Shown here: piece after piece, positions 52,199 to 64,000 of the stretch
Position numbering within the stretch: position 1 is the stretch's first letter
Layout of the letters: each line of letters opens with the position of its first letter
From: Naegleria gruberi
Taxonomy: Eukaryota
Assembly (NCBI GenBank): GCA_000004985.1
Contig: GG738914.1
DNA: 64,000 nt
Reading direction: 5' to 3' (one strand)
Translations under genes and position numbers: made by a program
Notes under the pieces: generated by a model
The model's database searches: none
Told to the model about the DNA's origin: nothing
What the model saw: only the letters and a program-made list of their open reading frames with translations

Positions 52199-54121
52199 AT
52201 GTCAATGAAAGAATATATAGAGCTCATCTTTTTATCTTCGTATCAGAATCCTTCACTAATAGTCAATGGTCATGCTTCATCAACAGCGCCATTTTCGTCA
52301 TCTTTACATAACGTTTTATTGGAAAGTTTGAATAGCTCAACAACAATAACCAACACAACAAACAATGGTACATCAAACTTTTGTGATCCGTCACTGTTTA
52401 ATACACCTTGGAGTAGAGAAGTGAATGGAAGTGTCATTTACGGGCTTTGTCCAGATACTTATTTCTCAATGGCTTTTTGTTTGGCATTTGTTGTACTTTA
52501 TCTGTTAGTTGTCATTTTGAGTGGTGTTGGAGTTTATTGGAAGAGGAAGAGTGGTCATATTGTGGCTAGGAATCCAATCTACCTCTACTTTACATTAGGA
52601 GCTGCACTATTCTTTGTGATATCTCTTACTATGAGAGTGATTGTGGGCAGGAAAATATATCCGTGTGGATTGTTGACTGCTTCCTTTTTTACATTCCCTC
52701 CTGCAATTTGTTTACCTACCATCTTTAGAATGATGAGAACATTCTTCATGTATAAGATTAATTTACAAAAGGCCAAATTATTCGATTCCTCTACTGGCAC
52801 CAATAAGCCGGAGGGGAAAGATTTTGAATTATTTAAAGGAGCAGTAGAACCTGAAATCAAACATGAAACGCCAACACCAGGAATTGATTTTTCACAAATA
52901 TTTCATGCTGAGACTTCTCCTTCTGTTCACCAAAATAATCCATTCGTAGGAAGTCCTAGTTCAACAGTTGACTCACTCAGTAGTACCACAGATGATGTGG
53001 ATGACGTTTCGAATTCCAATACTGGAATTGATTCAGAATCTATTGCTGATGTTTCAACATGGAATTTTACAGAACTCAAAGAAATTCAATCACTCAGATC
53101 TGAAATTAGAAAGTTGAAGATTTACAATTTTGTGACCAGTTTGAAATTTATTACCATTTTTTACATTCTGGGTTTTATATTTGGACTTGTAGTATGGCTG
53201 ATTATTGGAGGTATAGAAGAAGCTTTATATTCATTCAATACTAGTCCAGATAAGAAACGTATCTTCCTCTATGATGGTGGATTGTTTGTTTTTGATCATG
53301 GTTGTGGAATGACATCAAACTCTATCATTATCGTTGGTATTGAAGCAATTTTATACATTATTCTAGAGTTTATCTGTTTCATAATGTGTGTCAGAGCTGA
53401 TAAAGATACTTGGGGTATCAAGTTAGAATCTCTCACATTGATTGTAATTCAGATTCTTAGTGCAATAATTTTCCTAGTGGCAGGAAATATAGAATTCATT
53501 TTCAACTTTACAGAATATTATTTCCCATATGGATTTGTATTGTGGGGTTACATGCTGATTGAAATTATTGTTTGTGTGACACTTCCAGTTCTCTATGCCA
53601 TTGTAAGAGATAATAAGGACAAGGTTCAACAAGCAGCTCAATTGAGTACTTTGGAAAAGATTTTGAAAAATAAGAAAACCTTCCAAGTTATGCTTGATTT
53701 TGCAAGAAGAAGTTATTGTACTGAAAGTATATTGTGTTGGAGGGATATTCAGAGATATAGATTGGCAAGAAAGAAAAGTCATAGAAAAAAGGCAATCATT
53801 CACATACTTGGAGTTTATTTGACATTTGGAGCTCCCTTGGAATTAAACATGCCAAATGTAGAGAAACTGAAACAGGAAATTCTAGCTCAAATTACTGGAG
53901 GAAAATTTATAGTAACAGAAGGATTGATTGTTGATGCCAATGAAATTTCCAAAATTATGAATGGTAATGCACTTGTACAACTTCACACAAACTTGTTCCA
54001 AGCTGTACAGGAGCATTGTTTGAATGATATGAGTGATTTATTTGAAAGATTGAAGAATTCTAATAAGGAGATTGCAGAGATTGTCAAGTCACATAAGGAA
54101 CTTTCACAAACCGTGAACTAA
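52199..54121 (+). CDS. Seven-transmembrane receptor fused to a C-terminal RGS domain, paralog of 43386-45302
   Basis: ATG at 52199 (MSMKEYIELIF). Shared blocks with the paralog: GxCPDTxF, KRKSGHIxARNPI, GRKIxPCxL, GGIEE, RxFLxDGGL, DTWxIKxE. RGS block FQVMLDFARRSYCTESILCWRDIQRYRLA...LELNMP...DLFERLKNSN. Confidence 0.7.
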   Translation: MSMKEYIELIFLSSYQNPSLIVNGHASSTAPFSSSLHNVLLESLNSSTTITNTTNNGTSNFCDPSLFNTPWSREVNGSVIYGLCPDTYFSMAFCLAFVVLYLLVVILSGVGVYWKRKSGHIVARNPIYLYFTLGAALFFVISLTMRVIVGRKIYPCGLLTASFFTFPPAICLPTIFRMMRTFFMYKINLQKAKLFDSSTGTNKPEGKDFELFKGAVEPEIKHETPTPGIDFSQIFHAETSPSVHQNNPFVGSPSSTVDSLSSTTDDVDDVSNSNTGIDSESIADVSTWNFTELKEIQSLRSEIRKLKIYNFVTSLKFITIFYILGFIFGLVVWLIIGGIEEALYSFNTSPDKKRIFLYDGGLFVFDHGCGMTSNSIIIVGIEAILYIILEFICFIMCVRADKDTWGIKLESLTLIVIQILSAIIFLVAGNIEFIFNFTEYYFPYGFVLWGYMLIEIIVCVTLPVLYAIVRDNKDKVQQAAQLSTLEKILKNKKTFQVMLDFARRSYCTESILCWRDIQRYRLARKKSHRKKAIIHILGVYLTFGAPLELNMPNVEKLKQEILAQITGGKFIVTEGLIVDANEISKIMNGNALVQLHTNLFQAVQEHCLNDMSDLFERLKNSNKEIAEIVKSHKELSQTVN

Positions 54122-55720
54122 TTGTCAGATTTATTGGCACAATATGGACAAAAGTAATCAACTATTAACAAACTTAGGGTAATTGTTTGAGAATAATATT
54201 GATCCAATATCTTTTACAATTCATTTTACAATTGAAGTTACCATATCTCTAAAAAGGTTTTTGAAGTCAAGTGACTTGTTGACCTTCATATTTTACAAGT
54301 CCTTGGAGCGCAACAGGAATGGTGAGGCATGGAAAAGGTACGGTGTGTAATAAAAATAGAATTGGCAAGGAACAGCGAAGGTTTGGTGACTTATTTTTAA
54401 GAAACGACCAAGGTACGGCAGAAAATAGGAACGGGAATAGGTATGCAAACAAGGCATGGATATTTTTAAAATTTTTACAAGTCAGTTCCACCATTGAAAT
54501 CCTTGCTAATTTTCTATAAAAGTACAAATAACACTNNNNNNNNNNNNNNNNNNNNNNNNNNNNNNNNNNNNNNNNNNNNNNNNNNNNNNNNNNNNNNNNN
54601 NNNNNNNNNNNNNNNNNNNNNNNNNNNNNNNNNNNNNNNNNNNNNNNNNNNNNNNNNNNNNNNNNNNNNNNNNNNNNNNNNNNNNNNNNNNNNNNNNNNN
54701 NNNNNNNNNNNNNNNNNNNNNNNNNNNNNNNNNNNNNNNNNNNNNNNNNNNNNNNNNNNNNNNNNNNNNNNNNNNNNNNNNNNNNNNNNNNNNNNNNNNN
54801 NNNNNNNNNNNNNNNNNNNNNNNNNNNNNNNNNNNNNNNNNNNNNNNNNNNNNNNNNNNNNNNNNNNNNNNNNNNNNNNNNNNNNNNNNNNNNNNNNNNN
54901 NNNNNNNNNNNNNNNNNNNNNNNNNNNNNNNNNNNNNNNNNNNNNNNNNNNNNNNNNNNNNNNNNNNNNNNNNNNNNNNNNNNNNNNNNNNNNNNNNNNN
55001 NNNNNNNNNNNNNNNNNNNNNNNNNNNNNNNNNNNNNNNNNNNNNNNNNNNNNNNNNNNNNNNNNNNNNNNNNNNNNNNNNNNNNNNNNNNNNNNNNNNN
55101 NNNNNNNNNNNNNNNNNNNNNNNNNNNNNNNNNNNNNNNNNNNNNNNNNNNNNNCCAACCTTTTATGATTCACTCCTTCAAGAGTGATTCAAAAATTATC
55201 AAACTCATTGTGAACATTACACAATGATATTAAAATAATAAAATTCTTGTTTTTTCTTGTTATTTCATTTCTTTCACCTTAAATCGAACAATTAACCTTA
55301 TTTCCTTAAACATCATTAAGATCAAATTGAATTTCAAAGATAACCAACTTTTTCAACATCTACACCTTATAGGGATCACACTCATATCAATTAATCCATA
55401 TTTTTCATTTTCAGTAAAAAATCAAAATTTGAACTTTCCAAAGTTTACTATTTACCTGAATTGTTTGAGAAGGAAACTTCTCATAAAAAGAAGGGTAGTT
55501 TCTCAACAGTGTTTTAATCAACTAAGTCAAATTATTTCATGTCATTCTTAAATTTGAGACAGAAAGAGAGAAATCTTTGATTTTAGTGAATATTCCACAA
55601 CAGAGGTGTTGTGTTTGTGAATTTATTTCCATTTTAAATTTTTCCATTTTGGATTTATTATAGAATGATACATTAGTATTTCCCTTAATTCCATTCTTGC
55701 TCCGTCTCTTACTGCTGACT

Positions 55721-55790
55721 GTCCCGTTTGACAGCTTATTACATCTGACGGATCCCGTTAGACGGGATTTACCGTCACACCGTCAATTAG
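55721..55790. other. GC-rich island with nested perfect hairpins inside an AT-rich gene desert (candidate small ncRNA or transposon end)
   Basis: ctgtcCCGTTTgacag (5-bp stem) followed by gACGGatCCCGTtagACGGGatttaCCGTc (nested 5+4 bp stems). Confidence 0.3.
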
Positions 55791-56488
55791 TATCTCCTCC
55801 GTAATATTATAGAATGAGTCCTTTATTACATAAATTTAATTTTTTACCTGAAAAGGTTGAACAACTATCGAATAAATATATTATTATTTCAATATTAAAT
55901 TTTTTTATTGTAAAAGAATTTCAAAATTTTTAAAATTTATAATAATTCATGATTAACATAAATTGATTCAAGTAAAACTTGGAATCAATGTAAACAACTT
56001 GGCATCTAGCATTGATATCTTTCCAATCAACGTTTAAATTGGAAGATTTCACTCTATTCAATTTTCTGAATTGACATACTTGGTGATAATCATTTGTAAC
56101 AATCCACACTTTTCCAAATTTAACTGTATCTTTTGTATGTGATTGAATACATCCTATGTATAATTTTCCTTCTTGTTTAAACATTAAGTATTGATTTGGA
56201 GCGATTGCTTTAAACCAAACACCTAAAAAGGAAAGAAAAGGGTTTAAATTATTATCAAAACAAGAAATTGAATTAATTGATTCAAAATTTGATTACAATA
56301 CTGTACAAAGAAAGCTCACTCAAATGAAAAAAAATGGTGTTACACTTGAAAAACAAGATAACCCATTGTATAAGCTAAGAAATCATGACGTATTTAAGAA
56401 TTCAACAGTTGACTTTATGCATGTGTTTGTTCAAGGTGAATTAAGAAGACATTTGACTGCATTAATAGAATATTTTTCATACCCAAGA

Positions 56489-57172
56489 TTATTTTCTGAT
56501 TTTATTTTCAATTTGTTTTGATTCAATTATTGAACTACAATCAAATAAATCTCCAATAACTTTCTTATATGATTCTTCTAATTCATCACCAACTTCCTTA
56601 ACTGATTTATCACTATTGGGCTCAAATATTAATGTTTTTGAATTTTTGCTCATTTTCCAAACTGCCCAATAAGCATTTTCATCTGTTTGTGCACCTTCTG
56701 GAACGTGCCTAAAATTAATATTATTGTCATTCTGTTGTACGGAATGGTTGCAAGAATTTGATGTTAGTTGATCTAATGAATCAATATGAGGAAGATGATT
56801 ATCAATTATATGTTCCATTATTGTTGCTTCTTCAGAGGTTATCACATTACAACAATTGAATATACTATTTCTATTTGTGTGCTCACTTTTCAAATGTTTC
56901 TTTAAAGTGGTTGCATTTGAAAAAGACTTTGAACAAAAGGGGCATATTAAGGTGGTAAATGAATCAAAATTTTTACATTCTTGATTTTTACACCTAACTT
57001 TAATTGCCCTATGAAAATGAGATTTTTTGTTACTTGAACTACAAATTTTGACATCAGTTGATGATTTCACATAATTATTACAACTAGAACAATACAGTTT
57101 TGCTTTTCGAGGGTCACCCTGTGTGAAAACAATATTTTCGCTTGTGGAATTTTCATTTATTTTTTTTTCCAA
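56489..57172 (-). CDS. C2H2 zinc-finger hypothetical protein (possibly transposable-element-derived)
   Basis: ATG at 57172 (MEKKINENSTSE). C2H2 ICPFCSKSFSNATTLKKHLKSEH plus further Cys/His clusters. Sits in a gap-flanked, AT-rich, repeat-like region. Confidence 0.35.
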   Translation of the reverse strand: MEKKINENSTSENIVFTQGDPRKAKLYCSSCNNYVKSSTDVKICSSSNKKSHFHRAIKVRCKNQECKNFDSFTTLICPFCSKSFSNATTLKKHLKSEHTNRNSIFNCCNVITSEEATIMEHIIDNHLPHIDSLDQLTSNSCNHSVQQNDNNINFRHVPEGAQTDENAYWAVWKMSKNSKTLIFEPNSDKSVKEVGDELEESYKKVIGDLFDCSSIIESKQIENKIRK

Positions 57173-57435
57173 AATTTTGCCGATATTTTAAAAATAGATT
57201 GTAAAGTGTTCATATCATCACCACTGCCAGAGAAAAGTAGAAAAACAACAACAAAAAAATATCAGTAAGNNNNNNNNNNNNNNNNNNNNNNNNNNNNNNN
57301 NNNNNNNNNNNNNNNNNNNNNNNNNNNNNNNNNNNNNNNNNNNNNNNNNNNNNNNNNNNNNNNNNNNNNNNNNNNNNNNNNNNNNNNNNNNNNNNNNNNN
57401 NNNNNNNNNNNNNNNNNNNNNNNNNNNNNNNNNNN

Positions 57436-57990
57436 AAAGAAAGTATCAAAGAGTAAGTATTCTATCTAATTATTACCAGTGTGATAATTCTTATTGACAG
57501 AAAGAACAAAAAGAATTATACCAAACCTTTCCGATACAAAATTTGCAAGTTTAAATCATACTAGATTAAAAAAGGTTTGGCAAACCAAACATAAAGTGTA
57601 AGTTATTCGTATAATTATTAAATTAAATACAGAATAGGTTTTCCAAAGGTATTATTCAAGGTTTTTACAAATATGTACAAAAACAAGGTTCGGATTTTGT
57701 ACTAGATATTTTAAAGAAGGAAGAATTGTTAGTGTCATTAGCCCATCACTTTGTAAAATTATTTTCAGAAACTTTGGAAGCAAGAAGTGAAGAAGAGCTT
57801 ACTGAAAGAGAAGAAGAAGACTTGAAAGAAATTGTATGTTAATTTTATTTATTTTTAATTAATTTTAATTATTTTTCAAATATTTTAGGGTTTGCATTAT
57901 TGTTCAAACATTTTAAGTAAAAAACTTTCTGTTTCGATAGTAAACACACAAAATAAAGTTCAAATAATATTTAGACAATTGGGTATTAAA
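57436..57990 (+). other. Fragment of a multi-exon gene (at least 3 short GTAAGT/GTATGT..AG introns). 5' end lost in the 57270-57435 gap
   Basis: Exon-like segments translating to ..NRFSKGIIQGFYKYVQKQGSDFVLDILKKEELLVSLAHHFVKLFSETLEARSEEELTEREEEDLKEI are separated by gtaagtattc..gacag, gtaagttattcg..atacag and gtatgttaatttt..attttag. Confidence 0.25.
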
Positions 57991-59318
57991 GCTCAGGGGC
58001 TGAACCACCTTAATGGTGAAACAGCCTGGAACCTGCTTTGAAGGATGTAAATCTTTATTGAGCAGGTCCCGAGATAATTAAAATTTGTCTGTAAAAAAAA
58101 CTTATCAATAGTTGACCTAAGGATAAGAAAAAAACGTCAGACCAGCGATAAATGTGAATATGAGAAAGAAGTGTTAGTGAAATAAAGAAAATTTTACAAT
58201 GTTTCCGAAACATTGATGAAAACCTCACTCAGAAATTAATCCCTTACCAAAGATTAATGAGCGCAACGGTTTTTGGGAGGGAGTGGTGGGTCCACTCTTT
58301 GTTTAGGATGAGATGGAGATGATACAGCGTGTTGTTTCCTTTGTGGAGTTCCTTTCTTGTTATTACCAGACATTTCGAATAATTTTTTGAGCATGGAAAA
58401 TTTTTAACAACTCGGAATTGAGGTCGCTTATTAAGCATATCGGAATATTTTCACTTTATTTTGTAATTTACAATCGGAAACAAGTCCATTCCTCATATTC
58501 AATCGGAATTCAACATAATTTATCTCAAGGTGTTAGAGTTGCAAAATATGATGATCCTCCTATTTCTGAACACAGTGAAGATGAACTAACGGATGAACAA
58601 TCTAAGAAACCAACTAAAAGGTTTGAATCTTATACTAAGGATGAAAATGGAAAGTTTTCAACTGAAGTTTGTTTTCGTGGATCTACTGAAGAATTTATTA
58701 CAGAATTTCAAAGGCATATCAGAAACAAATCAAGTGCTAATTGTAACAGAAGAATTAATAGACGAAATAACATTAAACCAATAAATTTAGATTAATTACA
58801 TTTATTTTAAATTTTTAAAAATTTAACATTCCAAAATTGGATTCACCAAATATAGCTTTAACTAATGTTGTTTCTCTTTGTATTTCTTTTCTCGAGTCTG
58901 TACTTGTTTCTTATGACATTACTCTATTTGTTTCTTTTACAATTTCTCTTCATGTGCTTATTAATGTTTCTTTTACAGTTTCTCGTTAATGTGCCTATTT
59001 ATTGATTCTATTCAAATTTCTTTTCATGATACTTTTCCGTTCCTTTTTTTGTGTCTTTTCTCGTTTCTAGGTTGAGATGAAAGAAACACAAAAAGAAATA
59101 AAAATAGACACACAAAAGAGGTGCGGTCAAGGTACGACAAAGGAACGTTAAAAATAACACAAAAAGACCGTGCCTATTCTGCATCTTCTACGTTACTATT
59201 GCTCTCCAAGGGTCATTCACCCATCAACCCTACTTGAACAAATCATTAAACCTGTCATCACAATTATTATTTAAACTCCCGATCATAACTTGACATTATT
59301 CACAAAAAAAACAAATAA

Positions 59319-59877
<559 letters not shown>

Positions 59878-60366
59878 NNNNNNNNNNNNNNNNNNNNNNN
59901 NNNNNNNNNNNNNNNNNNNNNNNNNNNGACCATGATGGTTGAGGGAAGAAATCTTTAAATATGAAAGTTAAAATAAATTTGATATTCGATGTATACTCAC
60001 CAAATGGAACATTTTCATGTCAGGATTCAATATGTTTTGATGAGAAACTCAAAAGTTATAGTTGACCTATTGTACCTCACAACTTCCCTTTTCCCTCTAT
60101 ACTTTTATATCTACAGACTTGAACTTTTGAAATTTGATATGAAAGTGATTATAGATGTTGTTAATGATGATATATACTATATAATCTCATTAAAGGATTT
60201 GAAATTATCATTCTTCCTATAGTTTCATTTTACAAATTTTAATCTGCCACTATTTACAAAGTTAATATTTTATAAATTGAAAAACTAAATATAACACGTT
60301 GTTCTACTCATCATTTCCAATCGAATGATATAAAATTTAATGATATTTGAATAAGTTTATAATTTT

Positions 60367-60943
60367 GGGCTAGGGTTTGAAGATTGGGTTTGGAAGAATT
60401 CTATTTTTAGAATTGGGTTTGGGTTTGGGTTTGGGTTTGGGTTTGGGTTTAGGTTTGGGTTTGGGTTTGGGTTTGGGTTTGGGTTTGGGTTTGGGTTTGG
60501 GTTTGGGTTTGGGTTTGGGTTTGGGTTTGGGTTTGGGTTTGGGTTTGGGTTTGGGTTTGGGTTTGGGTTTGGGTTTGGGTTTGGGTTTGGGTTTGGGTTT
60601 GGGTTTGGGTTTGGGTTTGGGTTTGGGTTTGGGTTTGGGTTTGGGTTTGGGTTTGGGTTTGGGTTTGGGTTTGGGTTTGGGTTTGGGTTTGGGTTTGGGT
60701 TTGGGTTTGGGTTTGGGTTTGGGTTGGGTTTGGGTTTGGGTTTGGGTTTGGGTTTGGGTTTGGGTTTGGGTTTGGGTTTGGGTTTGGGTTTGGGTTTGGG
60801 TTTGGGTTTGGGTTTGGGTTTGGGTTTGGGTTTGGGTTTGGGTTTGGGTTTGGGTTTGGGTTTGGGTTTGGGTTTGGGTTTGGGTTTGGGTTTGGGTTTG
60901 GGTTTGGGTTTGGGTTTGGGTTTGGGTTTGGGTTTGGGTTTGG
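60367..60943 (+). repeat. Telomere-like hexamer array (TTTGGG)n with the G-rich strand on +. Degenerate proximal units 60367-60414, then about 88 perfect units running into the 1.8-kb N-gap
   Basis: gggctagggtttgaagattgggtttggaag... then gggttt x n. Single 5-nt variant unit (gggtt) at ~60721, which is what flips the ORF-track translation from GLGL to WVWV. Confidence 0.8.
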
Positions 60944-63540
60944 NNNNNNNNNNNNNNNNNNNNNNNNNNNNNNNNNNNNNNNNNNNNNNNNNNNNNNNNN
61001 NNNNNNNNNNNNNNNNNNNNNNNNNNNNNNNNNNNNNNNNNNNNNNNNNNNNNNNNNNNNNNNNNNNNNNNNNNNNNNNNNNNNNNNNNNNNNNNNNNNN
61101 NNNNNNNNNNNNNNNNNNNNNNNNNNNNNNNNNNNNNNNNNNNNNNNNNNNNNNNNNNNNNNNNNNNNNNNNNNNNNNNNNNNNNNNNNNNNNNNNNNNN
61201 NNNNNNNNNNNNNNNNNNNNNNNNNNNNNNNNNNNNNNNNNNNNNNNNNNNNNNNNNNNNNNNNNNNNNNNNNNNNNNNNNNNNNNNNNNNNNNNNNNNN
61301 NNNNNNNNNNNNNNNNNNNNNNNNNNNNNNNNNNNNNNNNNNNNNNNNNNNNNNNNNNNNNNNNNNNNNNNNNNNNNNNNNNNNNNNNNNNNNNNNNNNN
61401 NNNNNNNNNNNNNNNNNNNNNNNNNNNNNNNNNNNNNNNNNNNNNNNNNNNNNNNNNNNNNNNNNNNNNNNNNNNNNNNNNNNNNNNNNNNNNNNNNNNN
61501 NNNNNNNNNNNNNNNNNNNNNNNNNNNNNNNNNNNNNNNNNNNNNNNNNNNNNNNNNNNNNNNNNNNNNNNNNNNNNNNNNNNNNNNNNNNNNNNNNNNN
61601 NNNNNNNNNNNNNNNNNNNNNNNNNNNNNNNNNNNNNNNNNNNNNNNNNNNNNNNNNNNNNNNNNNNNNNNNNNNNNNNNNNNNNNNNNNNNNNNNNNNN
61701 NNNNNNNNNNNNNNNNNNNNNNNNNNNNNNNNNNNNNNNNNNNNNNNNNNNNNNNNNNNNNNNNNNNNNNNNNNNNNNNNNNNNNNNNNNNNNNNNNNNN
61801 NNNNNNNNNNNNNNNNNNNNNNNNNNNNNNNNNNNNNNNNNNNNNNNNNNNNNNNNNNNNNNNNNNNNNNNNNNNNNNNNNNNNNNNNNNNNNNNNNNNN
61901 NNNNNNNNNNNNNNNNNNNNNNNNNNNNNNNNNNNNNNNNNNNNNNNNNNNNNNNNNNNNNNNNNNNNNNNNNNNNNNNNNNNNNNNNNNNNNNNNNNNN
62001 NNNNNNNNNNNNNNNNNNNNNNNNNNNNNNNNNNNNNNNNNNNNNNNNNNNNNNNNNNNNNNNNNNNNNNNNNNNNNNNNNNNNNNNNNNNNNNNNNNNN
62101 NNNNNNNNNNNNNNNNNNNNNNNNNNNNNNNNNNNNNNNNNNNNNNNNNNNNNNNNNNNNNNNNNNNNNNNNNNNNNNNNNNNNNNNNNNNNNNNNNNNN
62201 NNNNNNNNNNNNNNNNNNNNNNNNNNNNNNNNNNNNNNNNNNNNNNNNNNNNNNNNNNNNNNNNNNNNNNNNNNNNNNNNNNNNNNNNNNNNNNNNNNNN
62301 NNNNNNNNNNNNNNNNNNNNNNNNNNNNNNNNNNNNNNNNNNNNNNNNNNNNNNNNNNNNNNNNNNNNNNNNNNNNNNNNNNNNNNNNNNNNNNNNNNNN
62401 NNNNNNNNNNNNNNNNNNNNNNNNNNNNNNNNNNNNNNNNNNNNNNNNNNNNNNNNNNNNNNNNNNNNNNNNNNNNNNNNNNNNNNNNNNNNNNNNNNNN
62501 NNNNNNNNNNNNNNNNNNNNNNNNNNNNNNNNNNNNNNNNNNNNNNNNNNNNNNNNNNNNNNNNNNNNNNNNNNNNNNNNNNNNNNNNNNNNNNNNNNNN
62601 NNNNNNNNNNNNNNNNNNNNNNNNNNNNNNNNNNNNNNNNNNNNNNNNNNNNNNNNNNNNNNNNNNNNNNNNNNNNNNNNNNNNNNNNNNNNNNNNNNNN
62701 NNNNNNNNNNNNNNNNNNNNNNNNNNNNNNNNNNNNNNNNNNNNNNNNNNNNNNNNNNNACCATGTAGAAATGTTGGAAGTATAATATATAATATCCTTA
62801 GTATACTGTACTCATTCTACCTTAATTGACCAAGATATTGAGCCATACTATGGAAATACTATAACATTCAATCAAACTCATTATTATAGTAGAAAATATC
62901 AATTATAATCATATATAATTGAAATAATCATTATTGGATCCACATACAGACTGTAGGAAGTCAACTTGTGTGAAAATGATAATATCGGTTATTGAAGGAT
63001 GAATATCTTACATGACTTAATTCCACTCATGTATACATGTCTAATTATCATGTTTTATGATATATAATTGAAATAATTGAAATCTATCATATATATAGGG
63101 AGATAACCAATTAGGATGAAAGTAGCGGAAGTTACGCTCACTTTTTACCAGGTAAACACTTTCAATAGGGACCTATATATTTTATTTGATAATATCGTAT
63201 ATCTATGCATTTTATCGATAAATAATTGGTTTCATGATTTTATATTCTATATTTCCAATTTGGGAAATGTTGCAATGTCTAATCTCAATTGAAATATTGT
63301 CATAATACCAGTTATTGATTATATATCATGAAACTGATATTATAGACTCTATTTGATGTATATATGAATATATGAGTGAAATATTACAATTTTGATATTT
63401 CTTAATGACATGGGTAGTTCACTAAGGTAGTGACTTTGCCCTATGATAACTATCTAAGATGATATTGAAATCATTCTAAAATTGATTCTATGGCAGTATT
63501 TGATGATTATTACACGATAATATTGAATTGGTATTGATTC

Positions 63541-64000
63541 TTGCTTGGGTTTGGGTTGGGTTTGGGTTTGGGTTTGGGTTTGGGTTTGGGTTTGGGTTTG
63601 GGTTTGGGTTTGGGTTTGGGTTTGGGTTTGGGTTTGGGTTTGGGTTTGGGTTTGGGTTTGGGTTTGGGTTTGGGTTTGGGTTTGGGTTTGGGTTTGGGTT
63701 TGGGTTTGGGTTTGGGTTTGGGTTTGGGTTTGGGTTTGGGTTTGGGTTTGGGTTTGGGTTTGGGTTTGGGTTTGGGTTTGGGTTTGGGTTTGGGTTTGGG
63801 TTTGGGTTTGGGTTTGGGTTTGGGTTTGGGTTTGGGTTTGGGTTTGGGTTTGGGTTTGGGTTTGGGTTTGGGTTTGGGGTTTGGGTTTGGGTTTGGGTTT
63901 GGGTTTGGGTTTGGGTTTGGGTTTGGGTTTGGGTTTGGGTTTGGGTTTGGGTTTGGGTTTGGGTTTGGGTTTGGGTTTGGGTTTGGGTTTGGGTTTGGGT
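63541..64000 (+). repeat. Terminal telomere-like (TTTGGG)n array extending to the window end
   Basis: About 76 units in the same orientation as the first array. Variant units gggtt at ~63551 and ggggttt at ~63871. Preceded by 780 bp of unique AT-rich sequence. Confidence 0.8.

Noticed and set aside
54494-55173. Long ORFs made of runs of X in both strands
   Set aside because: Translations of the N-gap (54536-55154). Assembly gap, not sequence.
60377-62829. 700-800-aa ORFs translating to GLGLGL.../WVWVWV.../PNPNPN.../TQTQTQ...
   Set aside because: Artifacts of translating the (TTTGGG)n array and the N-gap. The switch in motif reflects a single 5-nt variant unit, not a protein.
60367-64000. 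CRISPR-like array
   Set aside because: Units are a 6-nt simple repeat with no spacers, and the genome is eukaryotic.

Overview
Eukaryotic nuclear DNA from a compact, AT-rich genome. It is not prokaryotic, as shown by a canonical actin gene, cloverleaf tRNA genes with pol-III A/B boxes and T-run terminators, short GTAAGT..AG introns, and N-terminal poly-N/poly-Q tracts. The ORF track used bacterial start codons (TTG/GTG), so I re-anchored starts to ATG where visible. Gene content and style resemble a dictyostelid-like amoebozoan, but this is inference only. It rests on many F-box/LRR proteins, EGF (tenascin-type) repeat type-I membrane proteins, a hybrid histidine kinase, 7TM-RGS receptors and 'MSNNNN' N-termini. 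The window holds about 30 protein genes, four tRNAs (Ser-TGA, two Ser-AGA, Gly-GCC) and five N-gaps. The right end consists of (TTTGGG)n arrays that look like a chromosome terminus, with a 5'-truncated-at-3' actin fragment just inside.

Three things stand out. (i) Two paralogous 7TM-RGS genes lie 9 kb apart. (ii) At least six otherwise well-conserved genes are each interrupted by a single apparent 1-2 nt indel, which suggests either systematic assembly indel errors or a cluster of young pseudogenes. (iii) There is a subtelomeric architecture: an interstitial TTTGGG array, a 780-bp unique spacer, a terminal array and a truncated actin.

Smaller observations: a duplicated tRNA-Ser(AGA) unit that includes its 3' flank, a ~200-bp dispersed repeat upstream of two genes, an inverted-repeat pair bracketing 1.7 kb, a GC-rich hairpin island, and a gap-ridden AT-rich stretch with C2H2/TE-like ORFs. 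Manually derived coordinates are approximate (±1-3 nt).
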